DNA of 64,000 nt, from positions 553,209-617,208 of the forward strand of contig JAIELV010000001.1 in assembly GCA_019752595.1 (NCBI GenBank). The letters are read 5' to 3'. This DNA is from Patescibacteria group bacterium. Lineage in GTDB: Bacteria > Patescibacteriota > Minisyncoccia > Phycocordibacterales > Phycocordibacteraceae. Positions 28,455 to 37,787 of this stretch are shown here, piece by piece (the stretch's first letter is position 1; each line of letters starts with the position of its first letter). The translations under genes were made by a program, and so were the position numbers. The notes under the pieces were generated by a model. The model was given only the letters and a program-made list of their open reading frames with translations. It searched no databases and was not told where the DNA came from.

Positions 28455-29726
28455 CTAGTACTCGCGAAGTGAAACTTGCGCGTCAATTTTGCGAACCAAG
28501 TCCAAAATAACTGAAACCACGATGAGGAGTGCCGTACCGCCGATAGCCAAGGACGCGAGGCCTGTAATCCCTTGCATGATGAGCGGTAACACTGCAATAC
28601 CTCCCAAGAAGAGCGCGCCCACGAGCGTAATGCGAGTAATGATTTTACCCAAGTGCTCTGATGTTTGGGTCCCTGGGCGAACACCTGGAACGAATGCGCC
28701 ATTTTTCTGCAAGTTCGTTGCAAGTGTGTTGGGATCAAACGTAATTGCGGTGTAGAAATACGTAAAGAGAAAGACGAGAAGGAAGTAGAAGATACCTGAA
28801 AGTATTGCTCCTCCGCTCCAGGACAGAAGTCCTGTTGCAGTCGTCGCAAGCCATGCGATTTGCGATTGCGCGGCAAACTGCAAGATGAGCTGAGGGAAAA
28901 GAAGAATTGAAAGAGCGAAAATAATCGGAATCACGCCAGCCTGATTCAAACGAAGCGGGAGGTATGTGGAAACGCCTCCGTAGAGCTTGTTTCCGCGTAC
29001 GCGCTTTGCATAGGTCACGGGCACAGGGCGTTCTGCCTCGGTCATCACCACGACTGAGTACACAATCGCAAGTCCTGCGGCAAGAGAAGCGACGACTACG
29101 GGAATCTGAGCGGGGTCAAATGAGAATACGAACTGTGAAATAACCTGCGGAAGGCTCGCCACGATACCTGCAAAGATAATGAGGGAAACGCCGTTACCAA
29201 TACCAAACTCCGATACCAACTCACCAATCCACATAAGGAGCATTGAGCCTGCTGCCACAACGGTAACTGCAACGGCAACATCGATAACGGAAAGTGCGTT
29301 CAAAATACCCTGGCTCTGGAAGAGGTAGATGTATGCGTATCCCTGAAGGAACGCGAGCGGAACCGAGAGAAGGCGTGAGTACTGTGCAAATTTTTTCTTT
29401 CCCTGATCCCCTTCTTCCTGGTACATCGCTTTCAAATTGGGGAAGATAATCGTCAACAACTGCATGATGATGGATGCGGTGATGTAGGGACCGACACCGA
29501 GCATGACAATCGAGAGGTTCGCAAGACCACCTCCTGAGAAAATGTTCAAAAGCCCCAAGAATTGGTTGTTCGAGAAAAACTGTTCAAGCTGAGCAGTATC
29601 AATACCAGGGACAGGAATCGTCGCCAAAAGGCGGAATCCCACGAGAGCCGCAAGCACAAAGCCAAGCTTCCCGAGCAAGTCCTTGTCGGTGAGTATGAGT
29701 TTCAGTTTGGAGCCGAACGTGCTCAT
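28455..29726 (-). CDS. secY: Preprotein translocase SecY
   Basis: LGVGPYITASII, GIGNGVSLII, VPGVRPG, GGTALLIVV. Confidence 0.98.
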   Translation of the reverse strand: MSTFGSKLKLILTDKDLLGKLGFVLAALVGFRLLATIPVPGIDTAQLEQFFSNNQFLGLLNIFSGGGLANLSIVMLGVGPYITASIIMQLLTIIFPNLKAMYQEEGDQGKKKFAQYSRLLSVPLAFLQGYAYIYLFQSQGILNALSVIDVAVAVTVVAAGSMLLMWIGELVSEFGIGNGVSLIIFAGIVASLPQVISQFVFSFDPAQIPVVVASLAAGLAIVYSVVVMTEAERPVPVTYAKRVRGNKLYGGVSTYLPLRLNQAGVIPIIFALSILLFPQLILQFAAQSQIAWLATTATGLLSWSGGAILSGIFYFLLVFLFTYFYTAITFDPNTLATNLQKNGAFVPGVRPGTQTSEHLGKIITRITLVGALFLGGIAVLPLIMQGITGLASLAIGGTALLIVVSVILDLVRKIDAQVSLREY

Positions 29727-29729
29727 AGG

Positions 29730-30179
29730 CTAGGCAGTCACTGTACCACCCTTCGCTTCAATCGCTGATTTCGCTGATGCAGAAACAACGACGCCTTCAA
29801 CTTTCAATTTCTTCGTCAGTTCTCCGTTGCCCAAAATCTTCACAGAAGGCACTTTGCCACCACTTCTCTTCACGAGGCGTGCGCGCATAAGGGTTGTCAA
29901 AGAAACAACGTCGCCATCCTTAAATGTTTTTGAAAGAAGATCGAGATTGATTGCGCGCTGAGCTCCTTTCGGGATTGCGGTGTCTGCGCGGTTCTTGCCG
30001 TGTCCGCGGAGTTTCGGAATTTTCTTGATGATATCGCGCCATTCAGGACGTCGCTTGTTACCAGCGCGAGCTTTCTGACCCTTGGTACCACGACCTGCAG
30101 TTTTACCGCGCTTACCTCCGCGACCAACGCGAGTTTTCTTTTCAATTCTTCCTGATTTTCCGATTGAGTGAAGTTCCAT
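29730..30179 (-). CDS. rplO: 50S ribosomal protein L15
   Basis: RVGRGGKRGKTAGRGTKGQKAR, VKILGNG. Confidence 0.95.
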   Translation of the reverse strand: MELHSIGKSGRIEKKTRVGRGGKRGKTAGRGTKGQKARAGNKRRPEWRDIIKKIPKLRGHGKNRADTAIPKGAQRAINLDLLSKTFKDGDVVSLTTLMRARLVKRSGGKVPSVKILGNGELTKKLKVEGVVVSASAKSAIEAKGGTVTA

Positions 30180-30204
30180 GTTACTTGTAGTGAGTTTTAC
30201 GAAT

Positions 30205-30813
30205 CTATTTCAATTTTGAAAGCGCCTTAATAGTCGCGCGTGCAATGTTCAACTTATTCTTTGACGGTGAGTGAATCTTTGCAGTGACGTCTTTTACGCC
30301 AGCAAGCTCCAACACCATTTTAACTGCTGAACCTGCAACGATACCTCGAAGTGGCGCAGGGCGAATTTCAACGATACCTGAAGATTCCTTTGCCATAACG
30401 TCGTGAGGGATCGAAAGAGTTTTCGTCGTCTTCACCGTAATCATGTTTTTCTTCGCGTCCCGTAGCGCTTTCTCGATTGAACCTGCGGTGTCGCCTCCCT
30501 TGCCGATACCAACGCCCACGCGACCTTTGCGGTCACCGATAACGATAGCTGCTGAGAAACTGAAGCGACGACCTCCTGCGGTCACACGAGCAACACGGCG
30601 CAAGAGAAGTGTTTTCTGATCGAATTCAGAGCGAGGGCGGTCTTCACGCTTTCCGCCTGAACGACGATTTCCTCCACGGCTTCCGCCACCTCCCTGAGGG
30701 CCACGGCGTCCGCGAGGACCTCCGCGCGTATCGCGAGGAGCACCTGCAACAGGAGCTACCGCTTCAGGAGTAGCTTCGACAATCGGTTCTGCTGTGTTTT
30801 GTTCATCCATCAT
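30205..30813 (-). CDS. rpsE: 30S ribosomal protein S5
   Basis: RVARVTAGGRRFSF, RGIVAGS. Confidence 0.96.
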   Translation of the reverse strand: MMDEQNTAEPIVEATPEAVAPVAGAPRDTRGGPRGRRGPQGGGGSRGGNRRSGGKREDRPRSEFDQKTLLLRRVARVTAGGRRFSFSAAIVIGDRKGRVGVGIGKGGDTAGSIEKALRDAKKNMITVKTTKTLSIPHDVMAKESSGIVEIRPAPLRGIVAGSAVKMVLELAGVKDVTAKIHSPSKNKLNIARATIKALSKLK

Positions 30814-30822
30814 ATGCGTTCG

Positions 30823-31176
30823 TTAAAATTTCAATCCTCCTTCGCGCGCTGCATCCGCCAAGGTCTTAATAACTCCGATGTATTTGAAACCTCCGCGGTC
30901 GAAAACAACTTTCGTAATACCTTTTGCAGCGGCATCCTTTGCAAGTTTCACACCAACCGCCTTTGCGCCTTCAGTCATACCGCCCTTCATACCTTTTGAA
31001 GTTGCAGAAACAACGGTAACGCCTTTGTCGTCATCAATGACTTGCGCGTAGATGTATTTATTCGAACGAAATACAGCCAAGCGAGGCGCGGTTTCAGTTC
31101 CAGCAACCTTTCCGCGAATGCGCTTGTGACGGCGAACGCGAAGTTCTGATTTTGTTTTCGGTGTTAATTTGCTCAT
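30823..31176 (-). CDS. rplR: 50S ribosomal protein L18
   Basis: [22 protein letters not shown]. Confidence 0.97.
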   Translation of the reverse strand: MSKLTPKTKSELRVRRHKRIRGKVAGTETAPRLAVFRSNKYIYAQVIDDDKGVTVVSATSKGMKGGMTEGAKAVGVKLAKDAAAKGITKVVFDRGGFKYIGVIKTLADAAREGGLKF

Positions 31177-31216
31177 GTTTTTTTCTATTCGCTATACCCT
31201 AATCCCTATACGCTAA

Positions 31217-31753
31217 CTAGGCAGTTGCTTTCTTACCTTGCTTCTGGCGAACGTATTCACCTTCGTAGCGAATACCCTTGCCCTTGTACGGTTCAGGTTT
31301 CTTCACGAAGCGAATGTTTGCTGCAAACTGGCCAACTGCGTCTTTATCAATTCCTGAAACAGTCATGTTGTTCTTATCTACCGCAACAGCAACGTTCTCA
31401 GGAACGGCCATGATGACGGGGTGAGAAAAACCAACAATGAATTTCAAATTTTTTCCTGTAAGTTCCACGCGGTACCCAATACCCTGCAACTCCAATTTTT
31501 TTTCAAATTTCTTATTGACGCCGGCAATCATGTTTTTGATGTGTGATGCGAACGTGCCCCAGAGTGAGCGTGCGAGTTTGGTGTTGTTCTTCGGAGTAAC
31601 CGTGACTTTGCCGTCAGCAACGCTTATAGAAACCATTTCGTGAACGGGCTTTGTGATTGCACCCAATGGGCCTTTCACGGTCAACACACCGTCAGCTACA
31701 GTGACCTCTGTTTTCTCGGGAATCGTAATTGCGTTTTTTCCTATGCGTGACAT
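31217..31753 (-). CDS. rplF: 50S ribosomal protein L6
   Basis: MSRIGK, KPEPYKGKGIRY. Confidence 0.97.
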   Translation of the reverse strand: MSRIGKNAITIPEKTEVTVADGVLTVKGPLGAITKPVHEMVSISVADGKVTVTPKNNTKLARSLWGTFASHIKNMIAGVNKKFEKKLELQGIGYRVELTGKNLKFIVGFSHPVIMAVPENVAVAVDKNNMTVSGIDKDAVGQFAANIRFVKKPEPYKGKGIRYEGEYVRQKQGKKATA

Positions 31754-31762
31754 ATACGTTTG

Positions 31763-32164
31763 TTACCAGATGGTGAAAAGTGTTTCGCCTCCAACGCGGT
31801 CTTTGCGCGCCTCAGCATCGGTCAAAATTCCTTTCGGAGTCGTCAAAACCATCACACCCTTGCCGTATTTCACTGGATGAACCTTTGAAACACCTGCGTA
31901 GAGGCGGCGGCCTGGCTTTGAGATTCTCTTCACGCCGTTGATTTTCGGGTCACCTGCTTCAGAATATAAAAGTTCGCAAACAAGCATTTTTGATGTGCCC
32001 GTACCCGTTTCTGAAATTTCACCCAAGTACCCACACTTTTTAAGTGAGAGCGCAATCGCGAGCTTCATTTTTGAAAACGGCATCTCAACACGCTTCTTAT
32101 TGACCGCAGTTGCGTTCTTCAAGCGAATGATGAGGTCTCCGATGGGATCTGTAATGACTGACAT
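31763..32164 (-). CDS. rpsH: 30S ribosomal protein S8
   Basis: TDPIGDLIIRLKNA, RISKPGRRLY; start at ATG 32164. Confidence 0.96.
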   Translation of the reverse strand: MSVITDPIGDLIIRLKNATAVNKKRVEMPFSKMKLAIALSLKKCGYLGEISETGTGTSKMLVCELLYSEAGDPKINGVKRISKPGRRLYAGVSKVHPVKYGKGVMVLTTPKGILTDAEARKDRVGGETLFTIW

Positions 32165-32168
32165 ATAT

Positions 32169-32438
32169 TTACCAAGAAGATTTCTTAACTCCAGGGATTT
32201 CTCCGCGGCGGGCCATTTCTCTAAACTGCTGACGTGAGATACCAAAGTAGCGCATGTAGCCGCGAGAACGACCAGTGACCGCACAGCGGTTTTTCACACG
32301 AACAGGAGAACTGTTTTTGGGCAACTTCTGAAGTGCCTCCCAGTTTCCTTCTTTCTTTAGTGCCAAGCGTTTAGCGTTCATACGCTCGCTCATGCGGATA
32401 CGTTTAATGTTTCGTGCAATTTGTGATGTTTTTGCCAT
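32169..32438 (-). CDS. rpsN: 30S ribosomal protein S14 (89-aa Zn-independent type)
   Basis: [22 protein letters not shown]...PGVKKSSW; only one Cys. Confidence 0.96.
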   Translation of the reverse strand: MAKTSQIARNIKRIRMSERMNAKRLALKKEGNWEALQKLPKNSSPVRVKNRCAVTGRSRGYMRYFGISRQQFREMARRGEIPGVKKSSW

Positions 32439-32572
32439 AAAAAATACCCTTTTCAGGGTGCCCACAAACAAAAAGTTTTGGGACAACCTGTGCCACTCGT
32501 AAGTGGCTGGTTTTGTCGCCTTTTGGCCTTGTTCTGCTTTCCTTTCGGGAGCCAGTACACGGACTTAAAGCT
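32439..32572 (-). ncRNA. Structured 5' leader or small RNA upstream of rpsN
   Basis: Five hairpins (CC-GAAA-GG, GCCACT-TACG-AGTGGC, ACCCT-GAAA-AGGGT and others) downstream of a consensus promoter. Confidence 0.55.
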
Positions 32573-32578
32573 CGGATG

Positions 32579-32607
32579 ACTATAGCAGATGCCCCCCCAG
32601 CGGTCAA
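32579..32607 (-). promoter_or_regulatory. Sigma70 promoter for rpsN-secY
   Basis: TTGACC-17 nt-TATAGT. Confidence 0.7.
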
Positions 32608-32662
32608 ACTCGACTTTCTATACAAAAACACCCCCATACAAGGGGTGTTTTAAGAGAGATTT

Positions 32663-33778
32663 TTAATTTGAATCTCTAGCTCCAGGGAAATCGGCAAGAC
32701 TTGGATCCATCCCCACTTTATTAAGAAGTGCAATCAATACATCACGTTGATGCTGATGGAAACGATCATCTGCTTCTCTTAATGCCTTATCTTTTTCCTT
32801 AATTGCCACCTCCAAGTCATCGTTCCTTGCTTTGAGGGCCTTAATGGAATCCTCCATATCAGTAATACGACGCTTCTCGGCCTCTTCCAGAGCAAGTCTG
32901 CCTGCTTCCTCAGTAAGTGCTGCGCGTGCTTTTTCCCCACCGAGCTTAAGCAATGCTAAATCGCGTTCTGGTCCAGATGCAGGAAGCTCGGCATTCGCAA
33001 GAAGAGCAGCTACAGGATCGAGCTCAAGCATTACAGGCATTTCAAACTGCTGTTCCTCTTCAATGCCTTGGGCCTCAAACTTCCACACGTTACCTTCGCG
33101 GTGGAGGTTAAGTCGCAAACCTACTCTACTTAGCTGTTCATCGAGTGCTTCGAAACTGCCAAGTTCAACGATATCCAAAAATTGCTCTCCTGATTCAGCT
33201 AGTTTCGCTTTTTCCCTCTCGAGACCTAACTTCTTTCTATTTTCCCATGCTCCTTGCCTTACCCAACCGAAAGGAGAGCGCGCTTTCTTTTCAAACTTGG
33301 CATCCTGAGCAACCATCTCATCGTATTCTGCGTTTGCAGAAGAAAGAATTTCGCTTTTTACCTTGCCGTCAACTTCATCTATGTCACGAATTTCTTTTTT
33401 CTTCCCAGTCTGGCGCTCCTGGGCCTCTGCCATATACACACCATCCGAAATACCAACAAGACCAGTTTTTTCGTCCGCGGCAAGGAAGCTGAGATCCACC
33501 CTTCCTTTTTCGTCAGGCACGAGTTCCTGCAAATCTGCATCGCCCCCCCCTGCTTCAGCTGCGTCGATCTTCGCTTTAAGCTTTTCTGCAGCCGAACGCA
33601 ACGCAACATGTATTTCGAAAACACGATCGACTTTCGCAAGTCCTTCAGCTTTTTTTCTTACAACGTCTGGGTTTGCGGCGCGCACATTCTGCGCTCTTCC
33701 ATTCAAACGCGGTCGCTCACCACGAATAGCTCGGGAAAACACGACATCACCTGGACCGACTCCATTACCTTCAGCCAT
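32663..33778 (-). CDS. Coiled-coil hypothetical protein inserted in the spc operon
   Basis: 371-aa charged helical ORF flanked by terminators. Confidence 0.75.
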   Translation of the reverse strand: MAEGNGVGPGDVVFSRAIRGERPRLNGRAQNVRAANPDVVRKKAEGLAKVDRVFEIHVALRSAAEKLKAKIDAAEAGGGDADLQELVPDEKGRVDLSFLAADEKTGLVGISDGVYMAEAQERQTGKKKEIRDIDEVDGKVKSEILSSANAEYDEMVAQDAKFEKKARSPFGWVRQGAWENRKKLGLEREKAKLAESGEQFLDIVELGSFEALDEQLSRVGLRLNLHREGNVWKFEAQGIEEEQQFEMPVMLELDPVAALLANAELPASGPERDLALLKLGGEKARAALTEEAGRLALEEAEKRRITDMEDSIKALKARNDDLEVAIKEKDKALREADDRFHQHQRDVLIALLNKVGMDPSLADFPGARDSN

Positions 33779-33878
33779 ACGCTTTATATAAAAAGTATTA
33801 AATAAGTAAAGTATTAAACAACGATATTCTATATTGTAAATCCTCTACGGGTATTTGTCAAGCCCGTGCGGTGGATGA

Positions 33879-33901
33879 AAAACACCCCTTTCGGGGTGTT
33901 T
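33879..33901 (-). terminator. Terminator after rplE
   Basis: aaacacccc-tttc-ggggtgttt. Confidence 0.75.
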
Positions 33902-33904
33902 GGA

Positions 33905-34435
33905 TTACTGAAGCGGGAACTTGAGGTGGCGGAAGAATGCTTCTGCCTCTTTCTTGCCCTTGGCTGAGGTTACAACGGTAACCGCAAGCCCGAAGACGTC
34001 TTTCAGGTCTTCGTCTGAAGTTTCAGGGAAGATGGTGTGCTCCTTGATACCAACAGTCATGTTACCCAAAGAATCAATACCTTTTGGTGAAATGCCGCGG
34101 AAGTCGCGTGTACGAGGGAATGCGATGTGAATCAGTTTATCCAAAAAGTCATACATACGTGCGCCACGAAGCGTTACTTGGTAGCCCACTACGTCACCCT
34201 GACGGACCTTAAAGGTTGCGATTGATTTCTTCGCGCCACGAGCTGCTGCTTTCTGGCCCGTGATTTTCGCAAGACGATCCTGAATGACTTCAATCTTGTT
34301 TTTATCCTTTATCTTGCCAACACCCGTTGAAATAACCACTTTCTGCAAGCGAGGTGTCTGAAGGCGGTTCTTATATTTGAACTCGCCCTTCAGTGCGTCA
34401 TATGCGCCCTTTTCTGTTTCTTTAGTTATATTCAT
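33905..34435 (-). CDS. rplE: 50S ribosomal protein L5
   Basis: ITGQK, FPRTRDFRG, IKEHTIFPE. Confidence 0.97.
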   Translation of the reverse strand: MNITKETEKGAYDALKGEFKYKNRLQTPRLQKVVISTGVGKIKDKNKIEVIQDRLAKITGQKAAARGAKKSIATFKVRQGDVVGYQVTLRGARMYDFLDKLIHIAFPRTRDFRGISPKGIDSLGNMTVGIKEHTIFPETSDEDLKDVFGLAVTVVTSAKGKKEAEAFFRHLKFPLQ

Positions 34436-34740
34436 ACGAGTTCTGATTTGCTCTTCTTAGTAACACGTGCGCGCTTGCCGTTCTTTCTTTCAATGCCAAC
34501 GCGGGTCGGTTTGCCTGATTTCGGGTCAACAAGCATAACATTTGATACATGAATCGGAAGTGCCTTCTCGACAATCTGACCCTGCTGACCACCACGGCGA
34601 GGTTTCTGGTGCTTCTTTCTCATGTTCACACCTTCAACAATCACTTTGTTTTCTTTTGGTATTGCAAGCGTCACGGTACCAGTTTTGCCCTTGTCCTTAC
34701 CTGCCATCACAATTACTTTGTCGTTCTTTTTTATTTTCAT
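34432..34740 (-). CDS. rplX: 50S ribosomal protein L24
   Basis: AGKDKGKTG, PIHVSNV. Confidence 0.97.
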   Translation of the reverse strand: MKIKKNDKVIVMAGKDKGKTGTVTLAIPKENKVIVEGVNMRKKHQKPRRGGQQGQIVEKALPIHVSNVMLVDPKSGKPTRVGIERKNGKRARVTKKSKSELV

Positions 34741-34770
34741 ATCTTAGATTTTGTTACCGAGTCCGCGAGG

Positions 34771-34869
34771 TTAGAAAATCTTAGACCCCGCCCTCTAAGC
34801 TTATCCGAGAAACGGGTGGGGACATTTTCTATTCCGATGTGTTTCATTGTTTGCATAGAGGGCGGGGTG
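34771..34869. repeat. ACCCCGCCCTCT-family hairpin repeat, copy 2
   Basis: ttagaaaatcttagaccccgccctct...agagggcggggtg. Confidence 0.7.
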
Positions 34870-34900
34870 ATGAAAAATATATTCGCTTCGCTCATTATTT

Positions 34901-35281
34901 TTACACCACTTCAGGTGCGAGGGAACCTATTTTCTGGTAACCGAGGTCGACGATTTCGCGAGGAATAGGGCCGAACACGCGGTTTGCTTTCGGTTCAAAC
35001 GGGTCTTTTGCATTTTTCGAAAGAATAACCACTGCGTTGTCGTCGAAACGGATGTACGAACCATCAGTTCGGCGGAATGGCTTGGTCTGGCGAACCACAA
35101 CGCCCGTCAAGACATCCTTTTTCTTCACCATTTTGCGAGGCTCTGCAATCTGCACTGAAAGCACTACCAAATCCCCGATAGAAGCAGTGCGCTTCTTTGA
35201 GCCACCAAGCACTTTGAAAATGCGTCCGATTTTACCTCCGGTGTTGTCTGCGATAACGACGAGTGAGCGATCTTGAATCAT
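34901..35281 (-). CDS. rplN: 50S ribosomal protein L14
   Basis: ADNTG, IRFDDNA, RVFGPIPRE, SLAPEV. Confidence 0.97.
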   Translation of the reverse strand: MIQDRSLVVIADNTGGKIGRIFKVLGGSKKRTASIGDLVVLSVQIAEPRKMVKKKDVLTGVVVRQTKPFRRTDGSYIRFDDNAVVILSKNAKDPFEPKANRVFGPIPREIVDLGYQKIGSLAPEVV

Positions 35282-35285
35282 AAAA

Positions 35286-35531
35286 TTATTTCACTACTTC
35301 GAAATGCTTATGCTTTGACAGTGGTCGTGTAGAGCGGATGGTGACCTTGTCTCCTATCTGTGCGGTGTTGCCTGGGTCATGCGCGAGGTATTTCTTGGTG
35401 CGCATAGAATACTTCTTGTACTTTGGGTGCTTCACGTATGCGGAAACCGCAACCGAAACCGTGTCTTTCATTTTGTTTGAGACAACGACGCCGACCAAAG
35501 TCTTCTTCTGTACTGCTGTTTTTGTTTCCAT
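35286..35531 (-). CDS. rpsQ: 30S ribosomal protein S17
   Basis: GVVVSNKMKDT, TRPLSK. Confidence 0.96.
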   Translation of the reverse strand: METKTAVQKKTLVGVVVSNKMKDTVSVAVSAYVKHPKYKKYSMRTKKYLAHDPGNTAQIGDKVTIRSTRPLSKHKHFEVVK

Positions 35532-35534
35532 ACG

Positions 35535-35726
35535 TTAGGCTTTATTTGATTCACTCATAACAGTTTTGATGCGGGCGATGTCTTTGCGGATTGCTCGTGC
35601 GCGCTTCACATTTTTCGTTCTCCCGCCCGACATACCGAAACGAAATTCACGAAGCTCTGTTTCAAGCTCGGTAAGCTCTTTCGTAAGGTCTGCCCCGCTC
35701 TTCTTTCTGATGTCTTTTGCTTTCAT
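35535..35726 (-). CDS. rpmC: 50S ribosomal protein L29
   Basis: MKAKDIR...IRKDIARIKT. Confidence 0.93.
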   Translation of the reverse strand: MKAKDIRKKSGADLTKELTELETELREFRFGMSGGRTKNVKRARAIRKDIARIKTVMSESNKA

Positions 35727-35730
35727 ATGT

Positions 35731-36150
35731 TTATGCACGACTGACGACAACGCTTTTAAGAGGAAGTTTTGCACCTGCCTTCTTCAAAGCTTCGCGTGCA
35801 GTCTTGTCATCCAAACCGTCAATTTCGTAAATCAAACGTCCAGGTTTTATGTCGCAAATGAAGCGGTACGGGTCACCCTTTCCTTTACCCATCGGTAGTT
35901 CTCCACCTTTTTTGGTCTCAGGACGGTCGGGAAATACGCGAACCCACACACGGCCAGTCTTGCCCAAGAGGCGTGCCATTGCGCGACGTCCTGCTTCAAT
36001 CTGATTTGAAGAAATGCGGGCAGGCGTCGTTGCTTTCAGTGCGTGTGAGCCGAAGGAAATAGTAATACCGCGGGTCGCGACCTGCTTCTTGGCTGGGTTC
36101 ACTCGCATCGAGTGCCACTTTCTGAATTTTACTTTTTTAGGAAATAACAT
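35731..36150 (-). CDS. rplP: 50S ribosomal protein L16
   Basis: PKKVKFRK, RVFPD, MGKGKG. Confidence 0.97.
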   Translation of the reverse strand: MLFPKKVKFRKWHSMRVNPAKKQVATRGITISFGSHALKATTPARISSNQIEAGRRAMARLLGKTGRVWVRVFPDRPETKKGGELPMGKGKGDPYRFICDIKPGRLIYEIDGLDDKTAREALKKAGAKLPLKSVVVSRA

Positions 36151-36168
36151 AGTGGTAGTGAAAGATGC

Positions 36169-36837
36169 TTATTTTGTTCTCTCGGCAAACACATCTCCCT
36201 TATAGATCCAGACAGTCACACCGATAGTACCCAAAGGAAGTTGCGCTTCGTCGTGTGCGTAATCAATATCTGCGCGGAACGTCTGAAGCGGAATTCTACC
36301 TTTCTTCAACTCTTCTTTGCGGGACATTGATGCTGCACCGAGCATTCCTGAAACTGCAATACGAACTCCTTTCACATCGCGGTTTGCCATCACTTTATCA
36401 ATCGTCTGCTTCATGACACGTCTAAACGGCATGCGCTTCTCCAAACCTTCAACCACCATCGCTGCAACAATTGCTGAGTTTGATTCGGGAGAACGGACTT
36501 CAATAATATCCAAATGCATCTGTGGAACTGACGTCAATTTCAACGTTTTCATGAGTTGAACCAAGTCCTTCTTGAGTTTCGTTGCTGATTCACCTGAGCG
36601 ACCGATAATCATACCGGGGCGTGCCGTGTGAATCTGGACGCGAAGGTCTTTCTGTGAGCGTTCGATTTCAATGTTTGAAACGTAATTGCCTTTCAGACGC
36701 TTTGCCAAAAAGCCACGGAGCGCTGCATCCGTCTTCACAAACTCGCGCATTTTCTTTGCGCTTCCTGCATACCAGCGGCTCTTCCAGTCACGGATAATGC
36801 CAAGGCGGTGTGCGTAAGGATGTACAATTTTTGTCAT
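36169..36837 (-). CDS. rpsC: 30S ribosomal protein S3
   Basis: HPYAHRLG, RPGMIIGRSG, GRIPLQTFRADIDY. Confidence 0.97.
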   Translation of the reverse strand: MTKIVHPYAHRLGIIRDWKSRWYAGSAKKMREFVKTDAALRGFLAKRLKGNYVSNIEIERSQKDLRVQIHTARPGMIIGRSGESATKLKKDLVQLMKTLKLTSVPQMHLDIIEVRSPESNSAIVAAMVVEGLEKRMPFRRVMKQTIDKVMANRDVKGVRIAVSGMLGAASMSRKEELKKGRIPLQTFRADIDYAHDEAQLPLGTIGVTVWIYKGDVFAERTK

Positions 36838-36838
36838 A

Positions 36839-37276
36839 TTACTTTTTTTCTGCTGACTTCTTTACCGTTTTCTTTGCCACTTTCTTCGCTACTGGTGCTA
36901 CCCCAGCGCCTCCGCGTGCCGCAATTTTCTTTGCGCGCTTTGACTGCTTCGGGATTCCCTTCTCAAGTGTGATGGTCACATGGCTCATGCGGTGACGGAT
37001 AGTTGCAGCACGGCCGAATGCCCGAGGAAACATGCGCTTTGCAACGATACCTTTGTTGACTGTAATGTTCTTCACAATAAGACCGCGTGCGTCTTCCCCC
37101 TGCTTTTCTGCATTTGCGATAGCAGAAGCCAAGAGCTTTGCCATCGGGGATGCGGCTCGTTTATTCAAAAATTTAAGCGCAATCAAAGCGTCAGAAACGG
37201 TTTTACCCTTTACCAAATCAGTCACGAGACGTGTTTTGCGGGGAGACTGGCGATAATTTGTGAGTGTGGCTTTCAT
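36839..37276 (-). CDS. rplV: 50S ribosomal protein L22
   Basis: RQSPRKTRLV, PRAFGRA, SHVTI. Confidence 0.96.
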   Translation of the reverse strand: MKATLTNYRQSPRKTRLVTDLVKGKTVSDALIALKFLNKRAASPMAKLLASAIANAEKQGEDARGLIVKNITVNKGIVAKRMFPRAFGRAATIRHRMSHVTITLEKGIPKQSKRAKKIAARGGAGVAPVAKKVAKKTVKKSAEKK

Positions 37277-37304
37277 GAGTTACGTGTAGTGAGCGTAGTT
37301 CGAA

Positions 37305-37652
37305 CTATTTCTTCTTTGCATCGGCTGCGGGTGCTTTTGCAGCTTGTGCGGCTGCTATTTCAGCCTCTTTCTTCTTCTGTTCAAGCTCTTTCTGCATCTT
37401 TCCTCCGTGACGAGTGAATTTAGTTGACGGTGAAAATTCACCGAGGCGGTGACCAACCATTTCTTCAGTAACAAGGACATCAATGAAATCCTTTCCGTTG
37501 TGAACCGCAAACGTAAAACCAACCATTTCAGGTGAAATTTCAGACGAACGCGCCCATGTTTTTATGGGAGCGGTTGCGCTTGGTTTCTTTCCGTCAATTT
37601 TCTTCAAAAGTTTGAAGTAGACGTACGGACCTTTTTTGAGTGATCGTGCCAT
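37305..37652 (-). CDS. rpsS: 30S ribosomal protein S19
   Basis: [21 protein letters not shown]. Confidence 0.97.
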   Translation of the reverse strand: MARSLKKGPYVYFKLLKKIDGKKPSATAPIKTWARSSEISPEMVGFTFAVHNGKDFIDVLVTEEMVGHRLGEFSPSTKFTRHGGKMQKELEQKKKEAEIAAAQAAKAPAADAKKK

Positions 37653-37694
37653 TGTTTTTATTTCAGAAAAAGAAAACGCCTTTCGGCTCGCTTG

Positions 37695-37723
37695 AAGATA
37701 CACCTTCTCGCCTCACCCGTCAA
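37695..37723 (-). promoter_or_regulatory. Promoter for rpsS downstream of the RAYT insertion
   Basis: TTGACG-17 nt-TATCTT. Confidence 0.55.
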
Positions 37724-37732
37724 CCTCAAAAA

Positions 37733-37781
37733 GTGCTACACTTAGTATAGCACATTCCTGAGGAATGTGCTATACTAAGTG
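37733..37781. repeat. REP doublet left of RAYT
   Basis: gtgctacacttagtatagcac-attcctgaggaat-gtgctatactaagtg. Confidence 0.85.
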
Positions 37782-37787
37782 TTGAAC

